From Candidatus Omnitrophota bacterium (lineage in GTDB: Bacteria; Omnitrophota; Gorgyraeia; B26-G9): DNA of 64,000 bases. This document shows positions 38,174 to 46,830 of this stretch, one piece after another (the stretch's first letter is position 1; each line of letters starts with the position of its first letter). A model generated the notes under the pieces. It was given only the letters and a program-made list of their open reading frames with translations, did not search any database and was not told the origin of the DNA. A program made the translations under genes and the position numbers. Location: contig JBDRPX010000019.1 of assembly GCA_043826565.1 (NCBI GenBank), positions 5,369 to 69,368 on the forward strand. Reading direction: 5' to 3'.

Positions 38174-39859
38174 ATGCAGAAAATTTGGAATTTCCGGGAA
38201 TTAGATTTACAAAAACAAAAAACCCTGGCAGCTCAGCTGGGGATATCTCCGATAATTGCTCAGATCCTGATCAATCGCGGGATAACTGACGCGGAAGCTG
38301 CGGCGGCTTTTCTTGACTGTGATATGGGAAATTGCCATGATCCTTTTCTGCTTAAAGATATGAGTAAAGCTGTCGAGAGAATAAAAAAGGCGATTGCTTA
38401 TAAAGAAAAGATTGTTGTTTACGGGGATTATGATGTTGATGGGTTGACCAGCTGCTCGCTTTTATTTTATGCGCTTTCGGCATTAGGCGCGGATGTGTCC
38501 TGTTATATCCCGCATCGAATAGAAGAGGGGTATGGAGTAAATCTCCAGGCCTGTGCCGGATTAAAAGAGCAAAAGACAGCTTTAGTGATAACTGTCGATT
38601 GCGGAATAAGTAGTTTTCAGGAAGTAGAATATCTGAATGCTTCCGGAATAGATATTATTATTACCGACCATCATCAGCCTTTAGATGATAAAGTTCCTCA
38701 GGCTCTATGTGTGATTAATCCTCAGCAGAAAGACTGCAAATATCCCTATAAAGAATTAGCCGGGGTCGGCATAGCGTATAAGTTGGCTCAGGGGATTTCC
38801 CGCGGCAGTTTGGATGTCTCGGAACATTTGGACCTGGTTGCCTTAGGAACAATTAGTGATGTTGCGCAATTAACCGGAGAAAACAGGATTTTGGTTAAAC
38901 ACGGATTAAAAGTACTTAGCCAGACAAAGAAAATCGGGCTGAGGGCTTTAATGGATGTAACCGGAATAAAAAAAGGAGCATTGTCTACTTATCATGTTGG
39001 TTTTATCCTGGGGCCGCGTTTAAATGCGATGGGACGGATGGGGTCAGCAGAAAAATCATTGCATCTTTTGCTAAGTAACAGCTATAAACAATCCTATGAA
39101 TTAGCTCTGGCTCTTGATCTTGAGAACAAGCAGCGTCAGAAGACAGAACAGAGGATTTTAAAAGAAGCTATGGCCATGGTCGATACAGAGATCAATTTTA
39201 AACATCACCGGACAGTGGTCTTACACAAGGATACCTGGCATCCCGGAGTTATCGGAATTGTTGCTTCCCGTATCGCGGAAAGATTTTACCGGCCGACTAT
39301 TTTAATTGCCACACAAGAGGGTGTAGGTAAAGGATCGGGCCGGTCTATCCGGGATTTTCACCTTTTTGACACTTTATCAAAATGTAATCATTTACTTGAA
39401 GAATTCGGCGGGCATGAAAATGCTGCCGGTATTAGTATTTTAGAAAAAAACCTGCAAAACTTTAAAGATATTTTTAATCAGGAAGCCTGCAAAGTGCTTA
39501 CTCCGGAAAAATTGCGTCCGGTGGTGGATATTGATATGGAAATTACTTTGGGTGCGCTTTCAGAAAAGCTGATCGAAGAATTAGAAAAATGCGCACCGTT
39601 CGGTATGGGGAATCCCCGTCCGGTATTTGCTTCCCGTAACTTGAAACTTAAACAAAAACCCCGTGTTCTTCGCAATAGTACATTCAAACTTTGGCTGACC
39701 GATGAAACGGTTACCTGTGAAGCTTTGGGAAGCCGTATGGGTGATATTGATGTTGCGTCTATTACCGACGGTCTTTCCATTGTCTATTCGCCCTCAATCA
39801 ATAATTGGCAGGGTATTTCCACTATCCAGCTGCAATTAAAAGACATACAGCTAATTTAA
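38174..39859 (+). CDS. recJ: ssDNA exonuclease RecJ
   Basis: GDYDVDG, TVDCG, TDHH, GPRLNAMGR, GVIGIVASR, GSGRS, GGH, PFGMGNP. Confidence 0.97.
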   Translation: MQKIWNFRELDLQKQKTLAAQLGISPIIAQILINRGITDAEAAAAFLDCDMGNCHDPFLLKDMSKAVERIKKAIAYKEKIVVYGDYDVDGLTSCSLLFYALSALGADVSCYIPHRIEEGYGVNLQACAGLKEQKTALVITVDCGISSFQEVEYLNASGIDIIITDHHQPLDDKVPQALCVINPQQKDCKYPYKELAGVGIAYKLAQGISRGSLDVSEHLDLVALGTISDVAQLTGENRILVKHGLKVLSQTKKIGLRALMDVTGIKKGALSTYHVGFILGPRLNAMGRMGSAEKSLHLLLSNSYKQSYELALALDLENKQRQKTEQRILKEAMAMVDTEINFKHHRTVVLHKDTWHPGVIGIVASRIAERFYRPTILIATQEGVGKGSGRSIRDFHLFDTLSKCNHLLEEFGGHENAAGISILEKNLQNFKDIFNQEACKVLTPEKLRPVVDIDMEITLGALSEKLIEELEKCAPFGMGNPRPVFASRNLKLKQKPRVLRNSTFKLWLTDETVTCEALGSRMGDIDVASITDGLSIVYSPSINNWQGISTIQLQLKDIQLI

Positions 39860-39874
39860 AGATCTTCCCGCGAC

Positions 39875-39903
39875 TTGCATCAGCCCATCTATTATGGTAT
39901 ACT
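39875..39903 (+). promoter_or_regulatory. Putative promoter of the metallophosphatase gene
   Basis: TTGCAT-N17-TATACT preceded by TGG. Confidence 0.6.
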
Positions 39904-39933
39904 TTATTACTTTTTGTAACTGAAAGGAAAGTA

Positions 39934-42030
39934 GTGAAGCCGAAACGATCATACTTTTTCATAATATTTATTCTGGCCCAAATATTAATTGTAAGTCCTT
40001 TGCGCGGGGAGACCGGATGTTTATCTCCCGCGCTTAGCCTCAAAGATATATCAAATTGGGTTGCCTATTCTGTTGATAATCATCTTATTCCCAAAGATAC
40101 TGCTGCCGGAGAGCAAGATAGATTTAACGCAATAGCCCGGAATCCTCAGGAACTGCTGGCTTTGGTAAAACAGGAGATGGCTTTTTCCGGCAGTGCGGAA
40201 TTGCCGAAAGTTGTCGTCATGTCTGATTTTCACGGAGCAATAAAAATATTTTTAGATTACATCAGCGATGCCTTATCCCGTAAACTGGGAGTTCCGGTGG
40301 TGCTTGACCATACGGAATTTCCGCGGAAGTCAATACAGCAGCAGCTTGCGGAACAGGGAATTGATATCCGTTCGATAAAGAATTTCCAATTTTATCTGCT
40401 GGGAGATTTCATGGATCGGGGTGAATACGGAGTCAAATGTTTTCTGGCCGCGGAAGAACTTGATTCTCTGGGGCTGGCCAAAATTGTTTTTGGTAATCAT
40501 GATGTTTTTTCTATACTTGCCTGTGTGGGATATCATCTGCCTATATATAAAGGATATAATTTTTACGGACATTATGAATCCGAACAGCTGGTGTTTTCCG
40601 AACACTGGGATGATTTGGAAATCAGCCCAGACCGTTTTGGCTGGTGGCAGGAAAAACTTGTTGAATATATTACGGAGCAAAAAAAACTGCAGGATAACTT
40701 TATTATAGTAAATAACACTCAGGTATCATTCGGGCAGATTCGCGAACAATTAAAAGACATTTGTAAACAGGTGCAGTCCCAGGGAGGGATACCCCAGGAA
40801 CAGATGGAAGTTCTGGGTGATTTAGCGGGATTTTATTTCGGCACGACAGATGTTTATACCGGGTTTAATGCGGTCGGGATGATGTCGGTCCAGTGGTGGG
40901 AAGAACGGCTTGCCAGTGTGGATAAATTTTGTTCTGAAGCGATAGATAAGGAACTTATGCATCAGTTATCCATCTGGGGGCATATTAAACAGTGTATTGA
41001 AGAGGTGATCCCGGTTGTCGGCAGACAATTGCAGGAGAAAAAAGCTCAAGGTAAGTGGTGGTGGCAGGTTTTTAATGATATTAATGATCAGGCTTATAGT
41101 TCTCCGGAATGGTACGCGCAGGACTGGATTTTTCATAACGGATGGGGAGGAAGCGTGTTTAAAGAATTAAATGAGCTTGACTCTGATTTAGAAGATCAAA
41201 AATGGAATGCTTCGAATTTCTTTCGTAATCCTTATCTTAAAAAGTTTACTCGTTTTGGGCATGATAAATTTACTCTTGCCCGGGAAGACCCCTACGGGTT
41301 TTTTTATTCTCATGGATGGTTTCCGGTTAATCGGCAAAGCGGGGTTCCGGGGTTTGTTTATCAAAACACCATATATTCCGGGGAGTATTTATTTTCCGGG
41401 CTGCAAATAGTTGAACAAGATTTTCGTTCGGTTCTGGCGATGCGGATGGATGATAGGCAGGATGATGCGGAAGTTACCCGTCAGCTTAGAGACTCGGTTA
41501 GCCTGGTTATTTCCTGGTACGCGGATAAGACCATTCGTATCAAGCCGGCGCACATTCGTGCTTATTTGGACGGGTTTGGATTAGAAGCTATTCAAAAATC
41601 AATCGGCCGGCATGTCTGGTTTACTTGTCATAATCCGTTGAATACTTTAATTCCCCTGGGAATAGGCTTTAGTATGCAGGAAGGTGATTATGTCCATATT
41701 TCTGTTGATAAAGGGATGAGCTGGGAAAAATTCCGAGATGTCGGCGGATATGTGGAAGTCGATGCCTCTTCCGGAATTGTTTTACGCGGCTATAGCGGCA
41801 ATGATTTTACTCAGATTATTGATACCCCTCCGGCAATGGTTATGTCAAAGGATCAATATGGCCAATGGTACCATGAGTCGCTTTGGGAAAATAAATCAGT
41901 TAGCCGGGAGACTCTTTTACCGATAGCTGCTGCCCAGCTTGCTGAAAAATTGTATGCTCCGGAAGTTGCCGGTTCAGTAGAGGCTAAAAACCTGCCGCCG
42001 GCTTTATCCCTTATTGAGCAGGCAATTTAG
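39934..42030 (+). CDS. Signal-peptide-bearing calcineurin-like metallophosphoesterase resembling class-3 (Firmicutes-type) fructose-1,6-bisphosphatase
   Basis: GTG start after SD GAAAGGA; SDFHG, LGDFMDRG, GNHD, SHG, CHNP, VDKG motifs; leader GCLSPALSL; C-terminus SLIEQAI. Confidence 0.7.
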   Translation: MKPKRSYFFIIFILAQILIVSPLRGETGCLSPALSLKDISNWVAYSVDNHLIPKDTAAGEQDRFNAIARNPQELLALVKQEMAFSGSAELPKVVVMSDFHGAIKIFLDYISDALSRKLGVPVVLDHTEFPRKSIQQQLAEQGIDIRSIKNFQFYLLGDFMDRGEYGVKCFLAAEELDSLGLAKIVFGNHDVFSILACVGYHLPIYKGYNFYGHYESEQLVFSEHWDDLEISPDRFGWWQEKLVEYITEQKKLQDNFIIVNNTQVSFGQIREQLKDICKQVQSQGGIPQEQMEVLGDLAGFYFGTTDVYTGFNAVGMMSVQWWEERLASVDKFCSEAIDKELMHQLSIWGHIKQCIEEVIPVVGRQLQEKKAQGKWWWQVFNDINDQAYSSPEWYAQDWIFHNGWGGSVFKELNELDSDLEDQKWNASNFFRNPYLKKFTRFGHDKFTLAREDPYGFFYSHGWFPVNRQSGVPGFVYQNTIYSGEYLFSGLQIVEQDFRSVLAMRMDDRQDDAEVTRQLRDSVSLVISWYADKTIRIKPAHIRAYLDGFGLEAIQKSIGRHVWFTCHNPLNTLIPLGIGFSMQEGDYVHISVDKGMSWEKFRDVGGYVEVDASSGIVLRGYSGNDFTQIIDTPPAMVMSKDQYGQWYHESLWENKSVSRETLLPIAAAQLAEKLYAPEVAGSVEAKNLPPALSLIEQAI

Positions 42031-42134
42031 CGTGTTTTGCCCCCAAGCTTAAATATTAGTAATTTTAAAATGAGTTGATTTTCTAATACCTTCCTACACA
42101 ATAAGTTACATCTGCGAAAAAAATCAAAGCCACC

Positions 42135-42163
42135 TTGCGAGATTTTATTTTATATGGTATACT
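42135..42163 (+). promoter_or_regulatory. Putative promoter of the PGM-PGI fusion gene
   Basis: TTGCGA-N17-TATACT preceded by TGG. Confidence 0.6.
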
Positions 42164-42263
42164 TTTAGGAATTTTGTAAACTTTTTAAAGCTGATTTTTA
42201 AACATTACTAAAATAAGTTTGGCAAATTAAGCGATTTTGTAACTATGAAAGGAGTAGCGCCAT

Positions 42264-45200
42264 ATGTTTATGTCTTCAAAAACCAACCTGTTTTTCAAAG
42301 TCATTTCTTTTATTATCATGCAGTCGTTTTTAATCACTAATATTTCCTTTGCTGCGGGAGGTAATTTTTTTGTTAATTCAGAAGAAAGGGGTTGTTTGTC
42401 ACCAGAGATGCAGATACCTAACCAAATAATGATGAGAGATTTTAAAAACCAGACGATTATTAAAGGAGATTTATCCCAACTTACTTCTATTTTACCTAAA
42501 GCTATCATTGGTGAAGATGAGGCATATGAACAGTTAAAACGTTTAGCTTTAACTACTCCTGAAACTTTGATCGAATATTTTGAAGCTCAGTTACCTGAGG
42601 CTATTGAAGCGATGACAGAATCTATGTTTGGTAAGGGATTTGGTTATGATGTGCGCGGAAATGCCTGGGAAGTAGCTTCCGGTGAAGTAGATTTAACTCC
42701 TTTGAGTTGTTATTTGATCGGAAAAGCGCTGGCCACAAGATATGCCGAACAGGGAGAAGGTGTCGAATTTACCGGAGACCAGAGAATACATACGCCGATG
42801 TTAAGACTGGCATTATCTCTCGGAGCGCAGTCTGCCGGAGCAAAGCTGTTTTTTAGTGATGAGATTGTCGGTACCGGTGAACATGGGATATTATCCGGAG
42901 AGAATCCTAATAATGTTAAGGTTATGGGGCAGGTTTCCGGATCTCACGGTATTCCGGCAAAGAATGGTTTTAAACTAAAAGTAATAGATCCTAAAACCGG
43001 CCAGTTAGAACCGCTGTATGGGAAAGAATTAGCTAATCTGTATACTTTGATTAAAAGCGGGAATTTAAGAACAGTAGAAAGTTTTATTCCGCTGACAGAG
43101 CAGAATGATCTTATTGAAAAAGCAGTAGATGCTTATGATAAGACATTACCCCAGGTGTCAGTTGATCAGCCGGTAGTTTTTGATTGCCGTAATTCAGCAT
43201 TAACTACAGTATTAAAAAAGATAGTTGAAAAAAGAGGATTGAAGAATGTATTCTGGCTGAATGATACCCCGGATGGAAGAATGCCGGGTGGAATTTGGGA
43301 CCCTTCTAAACCGGAAGCTTTGGTTGCTTGCCAGAATAAAGTTCTGGAGATTAATGCTTCAGGACAGTTTAAGAAAAAAGCCATAGGATTTGTGTTTGAT
43401 GGAGATGGAGACCGGGCGGCAGCGATTTTAGAGGATGGAAGAGCAGTTCCTTCTTTTGAAATGACCCTTCCTTTTTATCAGAGATTGTTCTCTGATCCGA
43501 TTAATCAGGAAGTAATGAATACACTGATTAATGCCGGATTTGATAAGATATGGGCAATAACCGATATTCGCGCTAATTCCCGTTTAAAAAATATGTTTCG
43601 CAGGTATTCTGACTGGATAACCGGTAAATATATTACTACGGGATATCCGCCGCAAAGAGCGGTTGTACGTCATATATTTAGTGAAATAGAAAAATATGTT
43701 GCCGCCAACCCAAGCAAGTTTGATGCTGGTTTTGCGGAAAAGCTTAGACATTTTAAGACCACATATTTTACGGCAGAAGCATCCGGCCATCAGTTTTTTC
43801 ATATTTGTCCAAATTATCCGGAAAAAGTAATTGATGCGGGTATCGCCGTAGCTTTTAATTTATTGCATATTAAAGAAACAATTCAGGATGTAGAAGCTAA
43901 GGATGAAAAAGTCGGATTATCGGCAGGACAAGATTCTTATTTACTGACAGAACTTTTTGATCATTTTCCTCCGGCGATCAGTTCCGGAGAAGTCAGGATC
44001 GTTGTGCCGAATTCAATTAAGTTTGAAGTAACCGATGCGATGATTGTTAAATTAAAAGAAAAATATGCGGATGATTTTTTACCGACCCCTCTGGGAACAG
44101 TTGATATGGGGGATTACTTATTGCAGGATATGGATGAAGGAAAAGTAGAAGTTGCCGGATTTTTGGGGTTACTTAAGACCGGCGGCAGCTTTTTGTTTCG
44201 CGTATCAAATACCGGTGAGCAGTGTACATTGATATTTGAAGGCGGAGATATTCAGGAGCTTATTAGGCTGATGGAAGAAATGAAACAGTTGGTTTTAGAT
44301 ACTAAAGCTGAATTTGAAGCAGACGCATCAACTGCGGAAGCGGCAAAAAATATTAAAGTCGATGATTTGGAAAAGGAAATTCAAATGACAATTGAAGCGG
44401 CTGAAGAAATAACTCCGGCAGCTCCGATAGTTATTAATACTGCTACTCTACAGGCTGATTCTTTAGGTGCTTTAAGCCTGAGTAATGGCGAAATTGCCGA
44501 TGTTAATAGGACGATGGAAGGTATCCAAAGAACAATGCAATTTGAAGATAATGATGTGACTACCGAGCTTGGCCGTCAGAGGTTGTTAAAGAACTGGCGC
44601 GGTTGGGTGTTTGGAGAACAGGAATGGGCAAACCAGGGAATTGAAGATACTGTTACGGTAGCTCAGAAAGTTCGTGATGATAATCCTGAGGCATTTGTGG
44701 TTGTTGGTGTCGGCGGATCAGATCAGACAACAAAGGGAATTGTTAATGCCAATATCAGTACTCAGCATAATCTGCTTTCTAAAGAAGCTAGAGGCGGGGC
44801 TCCGATGTTATTCTACACCGGTGATGGTTTTGATCCGAATAGTACCTATGATACATTACAGGTTCTTGATGAAAAAGGGATTTTGTTTAAAACAAAATTC
44901 AATATAATTTCTAAATCCGGAACTACCGGGGAAACAGCGCATGCTTTCCTGGTTATTAAAAGTTATCTTGAAGTTAGATTAGAACAGCTTGCTGTGCAAT
45001 ACGCGGCACGTCAGATAAAGGACAAAGACTTAGAAGCTATGGGTTTAACTGCTAAAGATCTAGAGAAAGTAACATTGAATTATACAGTAAAATTAGATGC
45101 CGGAGAAGAAGCTGTCACAGAAGAAACTTTCCGTACCGGGCGTTTCTTTGTCTTTACCACAGGCTTAAATGATAAGAGCGCATTGTATAATTATGTTCAG

Positions 45201-46103
45201 CTTATTCGTGAACAGGCAGGTGATGATGTGTTTGGATTATTGCCGGTTCCGGATGGTACCGGAGGAAGATACTCTTTTGGTACAGCCGTGGGTATGCTGG
45301 CGATGGGAGTAATGGCAAATACAAGCAAGGGAGAAACTCCGGAAAGCAGAATAAGACAGGTATTAGAGGCGATAAAAGATGTGCGTAACGAAATTTTAAA
45401 CGGTAGTGTTGAAGGTGATAATGTTCCTTCATTTGCTATTGCCCGGGCTAATTATTTAGCAGAAAAACACGGCTTAGGAACAGTGGCGATATATCCGTTT
45501 GCAAATATGTTACAGGAATTTGCTAATCTGATGATGCAGCTTTCTACAGAATCAATTCGGGAAAAGGGTCAGGGACAGAATATTCTTCCGTTGGTTGGTC
45601 CTTCACGTAACCACTCTGTAGTGAATGGAATTATTAATGGGCCCAGAGATACCATCATATGTTTTATTGAAGTTGCTGCTTTTGACCCGGCAAAAGATGC
45701 AACTATTACTGGTGGAAAAGTACTTGGCGGAAGCTTAATGCAGCTGGAGCAATTAAAACAGTCTGATATCCAGAAGGCATCTTTGGATGGGACTCTTAAG
45801 GATGCGATTGAAAAGGGTGTGCCGGCTTACAAGATTACAATTCCGGCTTTAACTCCGTATTATGTAGCTAAGTTAATTGCTTATTTTGAGCATGAAGTAG
45901 CTATTGAAGGAATGCTTAGAGGACTTAGAGAGCCTTCGAATGCAGAAGGTGTTTATGTTGATTTAACCTATTTGCAGTCTAGTGTTGAAGGATATAAGGC
46001 TCAGACCCGTGCTATCTTAAGTGAGATAAGAGCAGCTAAGTTTGGACCTGTCCAGACATCAGCTAATCGTGACATGGTTAGTGTAGTCGGTAGTTCCATA
46101 TAA
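42264..46103 (+). CDS. Signal-peptide-bearing fusion of phosphoglucomutase/phosphomannomutase and glucose-6-phosphate isomerase
   Basis: YDVRG, SGSHG..NGFK, FDGDGDR, EASGH, RVSNT (PMM/PGM); GVGGS, SKSGTTGET, GGRYS, QLSTES, QSSVEGYK (PGI); leader GCLSPEMQI; C-terminus SVVGSSI. Confidence 0.88.
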   Translation: MFMSSKTNLFFKVISFIIMQSFLITNISFAAGGNFFVNSEERGCLSPEMQIPNQIMMRDFKNQTIIKGDLSQLTSILPKAIIGEDEAYEQLKRLALTTPETLIEYFEAQLPEAIEAMTESMFGKGFGYDVRGNAWEVASGEVDLTPLSCYLIGKALATRYAEQGEGVEFTGDQRIHTPMLRLALSLGAQSAGAKLFFSDEIVGTGEHGILSGENPNNVKVMGQVSGSHGIPAKNGFKLKVIDPKTGQLEPLYGKELANLYTLIKSGNLRTVESFIPLTEQNDLIEKAVDAYDKTLPQVSVDQPVVFDCRNSALTTVLKKIVEKRGLKNVFWLNDTPDGRMPGGIWDPSKPEALVACQNKVLEINASGQFKKKAIGFVFDGDGDRAAAILEDGRAVPSFEMTLPFYQRLFSDPINQEVMNTLINAGFDKIWAITDIRANSRLKNMFRRYSDWITGKYITTGYPPQRAVVRHIFSEIEKYVAANPSKFDAGFAEKLRHFKTTYFTAEASGHQFFHICPNYPEKVIDAGIAVAFNLLHIKETIQDVEAKDEKVGLSAGQDSYLLTELFDHFPPAISSGEVRIVVPNSIKFEVTDAMIVKLKEKYADDFLPTPLGTVDMGDYLLQDMDEGKVEVAGFLGLLKTGGSFLFRVSNTGEQCTLIFEGGDIQELIRLMEEMKQLVLDTKAEFEADASTAEAAKNIKVDDLEKEIQMTIEAAEEITPAAPIVINTATLQADSLGALSLSNGEIADVNRTMEGIQRTMQFEDNDVTTELGRQRLLKNWRGWVFGEQEWANQGIEDTVTVAQKVRDDNPEAFVVVGVGGSDQTTKGIVNANISTQHNLLSKEARGGAPMLFYTGDGFDPNSTYDTLQVLDEKGILFKTKFNIISKSGTTGETAHAFLVIKSYLEVRLEQLAVQYAARQIKDKDLEAMGLTAKDLEKVTLNYTVKLDAGEEAVTEETFRTGRFFVFTTGLNDKSALYNYVQLIREQAGDDVFGLLPVPDGTGGRYSFGTAVGMLAMGVMANTSKGETPESRIRQVLEAIKDVRNEILNGSVEGDNVPSFAIARANYLAEKHGLGTVAIYPFANMLQEFANLMMQLSTESIREKGQGQNILPLVGPSRNHSVVNGIINGPRDTIICFIEVAAFDPAKDATITGGKVLGGSLMQLEQLKQSDIQKASLDGTLKDAIEKGVPAYKITIPALTPYYVAKLIAYFEHEVAIEGMLRGLREPSNAEGVYVDLTYLQSSVEGYKAQTRAILSEIRAAKFGPVQTSANRDMVSVVGSSI

Positions 46104-46120
46104 GCACTAAATTACGAATT

Positions 46121-46158
46121 AAAACCCCGTTAGGCTAGGTCCCTGGCGGGGTTTTTTT
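46121..46158 (+). terminator. Rho-independent terminator
   Basis: AAAACCCCGTTAGG...CCTGGCGGGGTTTTTTT. Confidence 0.85.
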
Positions 46159-46161
46159 ATT

Positions 46162-46343
46162 ACCCGGATATTTAATTCTATGATCTACTTTGAATCCAAA
46201 TTGCTACCCAACTGCTTCGTTATGCTCGGTCGGATTTCCTCGACGTGCCTCAGAGGGCACGCCTGTGGAATCCTTGGTCGCAAGCCTTGCATTTGGGCAA
46301 CACTTTGAATTCTCGCTACGATAATAGTATTAAATATCCGGGT
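46162..46343. mobile_element. 182-bp MITE-like element with terminal inverted repeats
   Basis: Perfect 15-bp TIR ACCCGGATATTTAAT / ATTAAATATCCGGGT (19/20 when extended); internal skeleton shared with 12871-12980. Confidence 0.75.
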
Positions 46344-46436
46344 TAAAACAATTGATTTTTCGACTTAATAAGGATATACTAACTGGAAAAGGGTTATATT
46401 CCCGGATGCGGGATTTAAAAGGTATAAGTTTAAGCT

Positions 46437-46742
46437 ATGTTTGTTATTATATATATTTTGGAAGGCTTGGCTGTAGTCGTGGGCATGGGATTAACCATTT
46501 TATATTGGTTGATCTTGATCCGGGTTTTGATCTCCTGGGTAAGCCCGGATCCGAGAAATCCGCTGGTGCAGTTTTTAAGAGCAGCAACAGATCCGATACT
46601 GGAGCCTTTTAGACAGCTGTTAATGCCGTTAACATATAAGATCCGGGTAGACTTATCACCGATACTTGCGTTTTTTCTTATTTCTTTTTTACGCCGGGAG
46701 TTAGTCAGCATATTATTACATTTAGCAGATACATTTAAATAG
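46437..46742 (+). CDS. yggT: YggT family membrane protein
   Basis: ISWVSPDPRNPLVQFL, TDPILEPFR, DLSPI. Confidence 0.92.
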   Translation: MFVIIYILEGLAVVVGMGLTILYWLILIRVLISWVSPDPRNPLVQFLRAATDPILEPFRQLLMPLTYKIRVDLSPILAFFLISFLRRELVSILLHLADTFK

Positions 46743-46830
46743 TAAGAAGTAAATAAAGTAGCGAGTAGCAAGTAGAGAGTAGCGAGATAAAAAATAATAA
46801 GAAGCCCGAGAAAAGAGGTAGAGAAGAAAA

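Noticed and set aside
39805-39933. ORF-track N-terminal extensions of the metallophosphatase (also waaA, tsaD, gatB, hemB, kamA)
   Set aside because: They overlap upstream genes, promoters or repeats; downstream starts match family N-termini and most have an SD (the waaA start remains uncertain)
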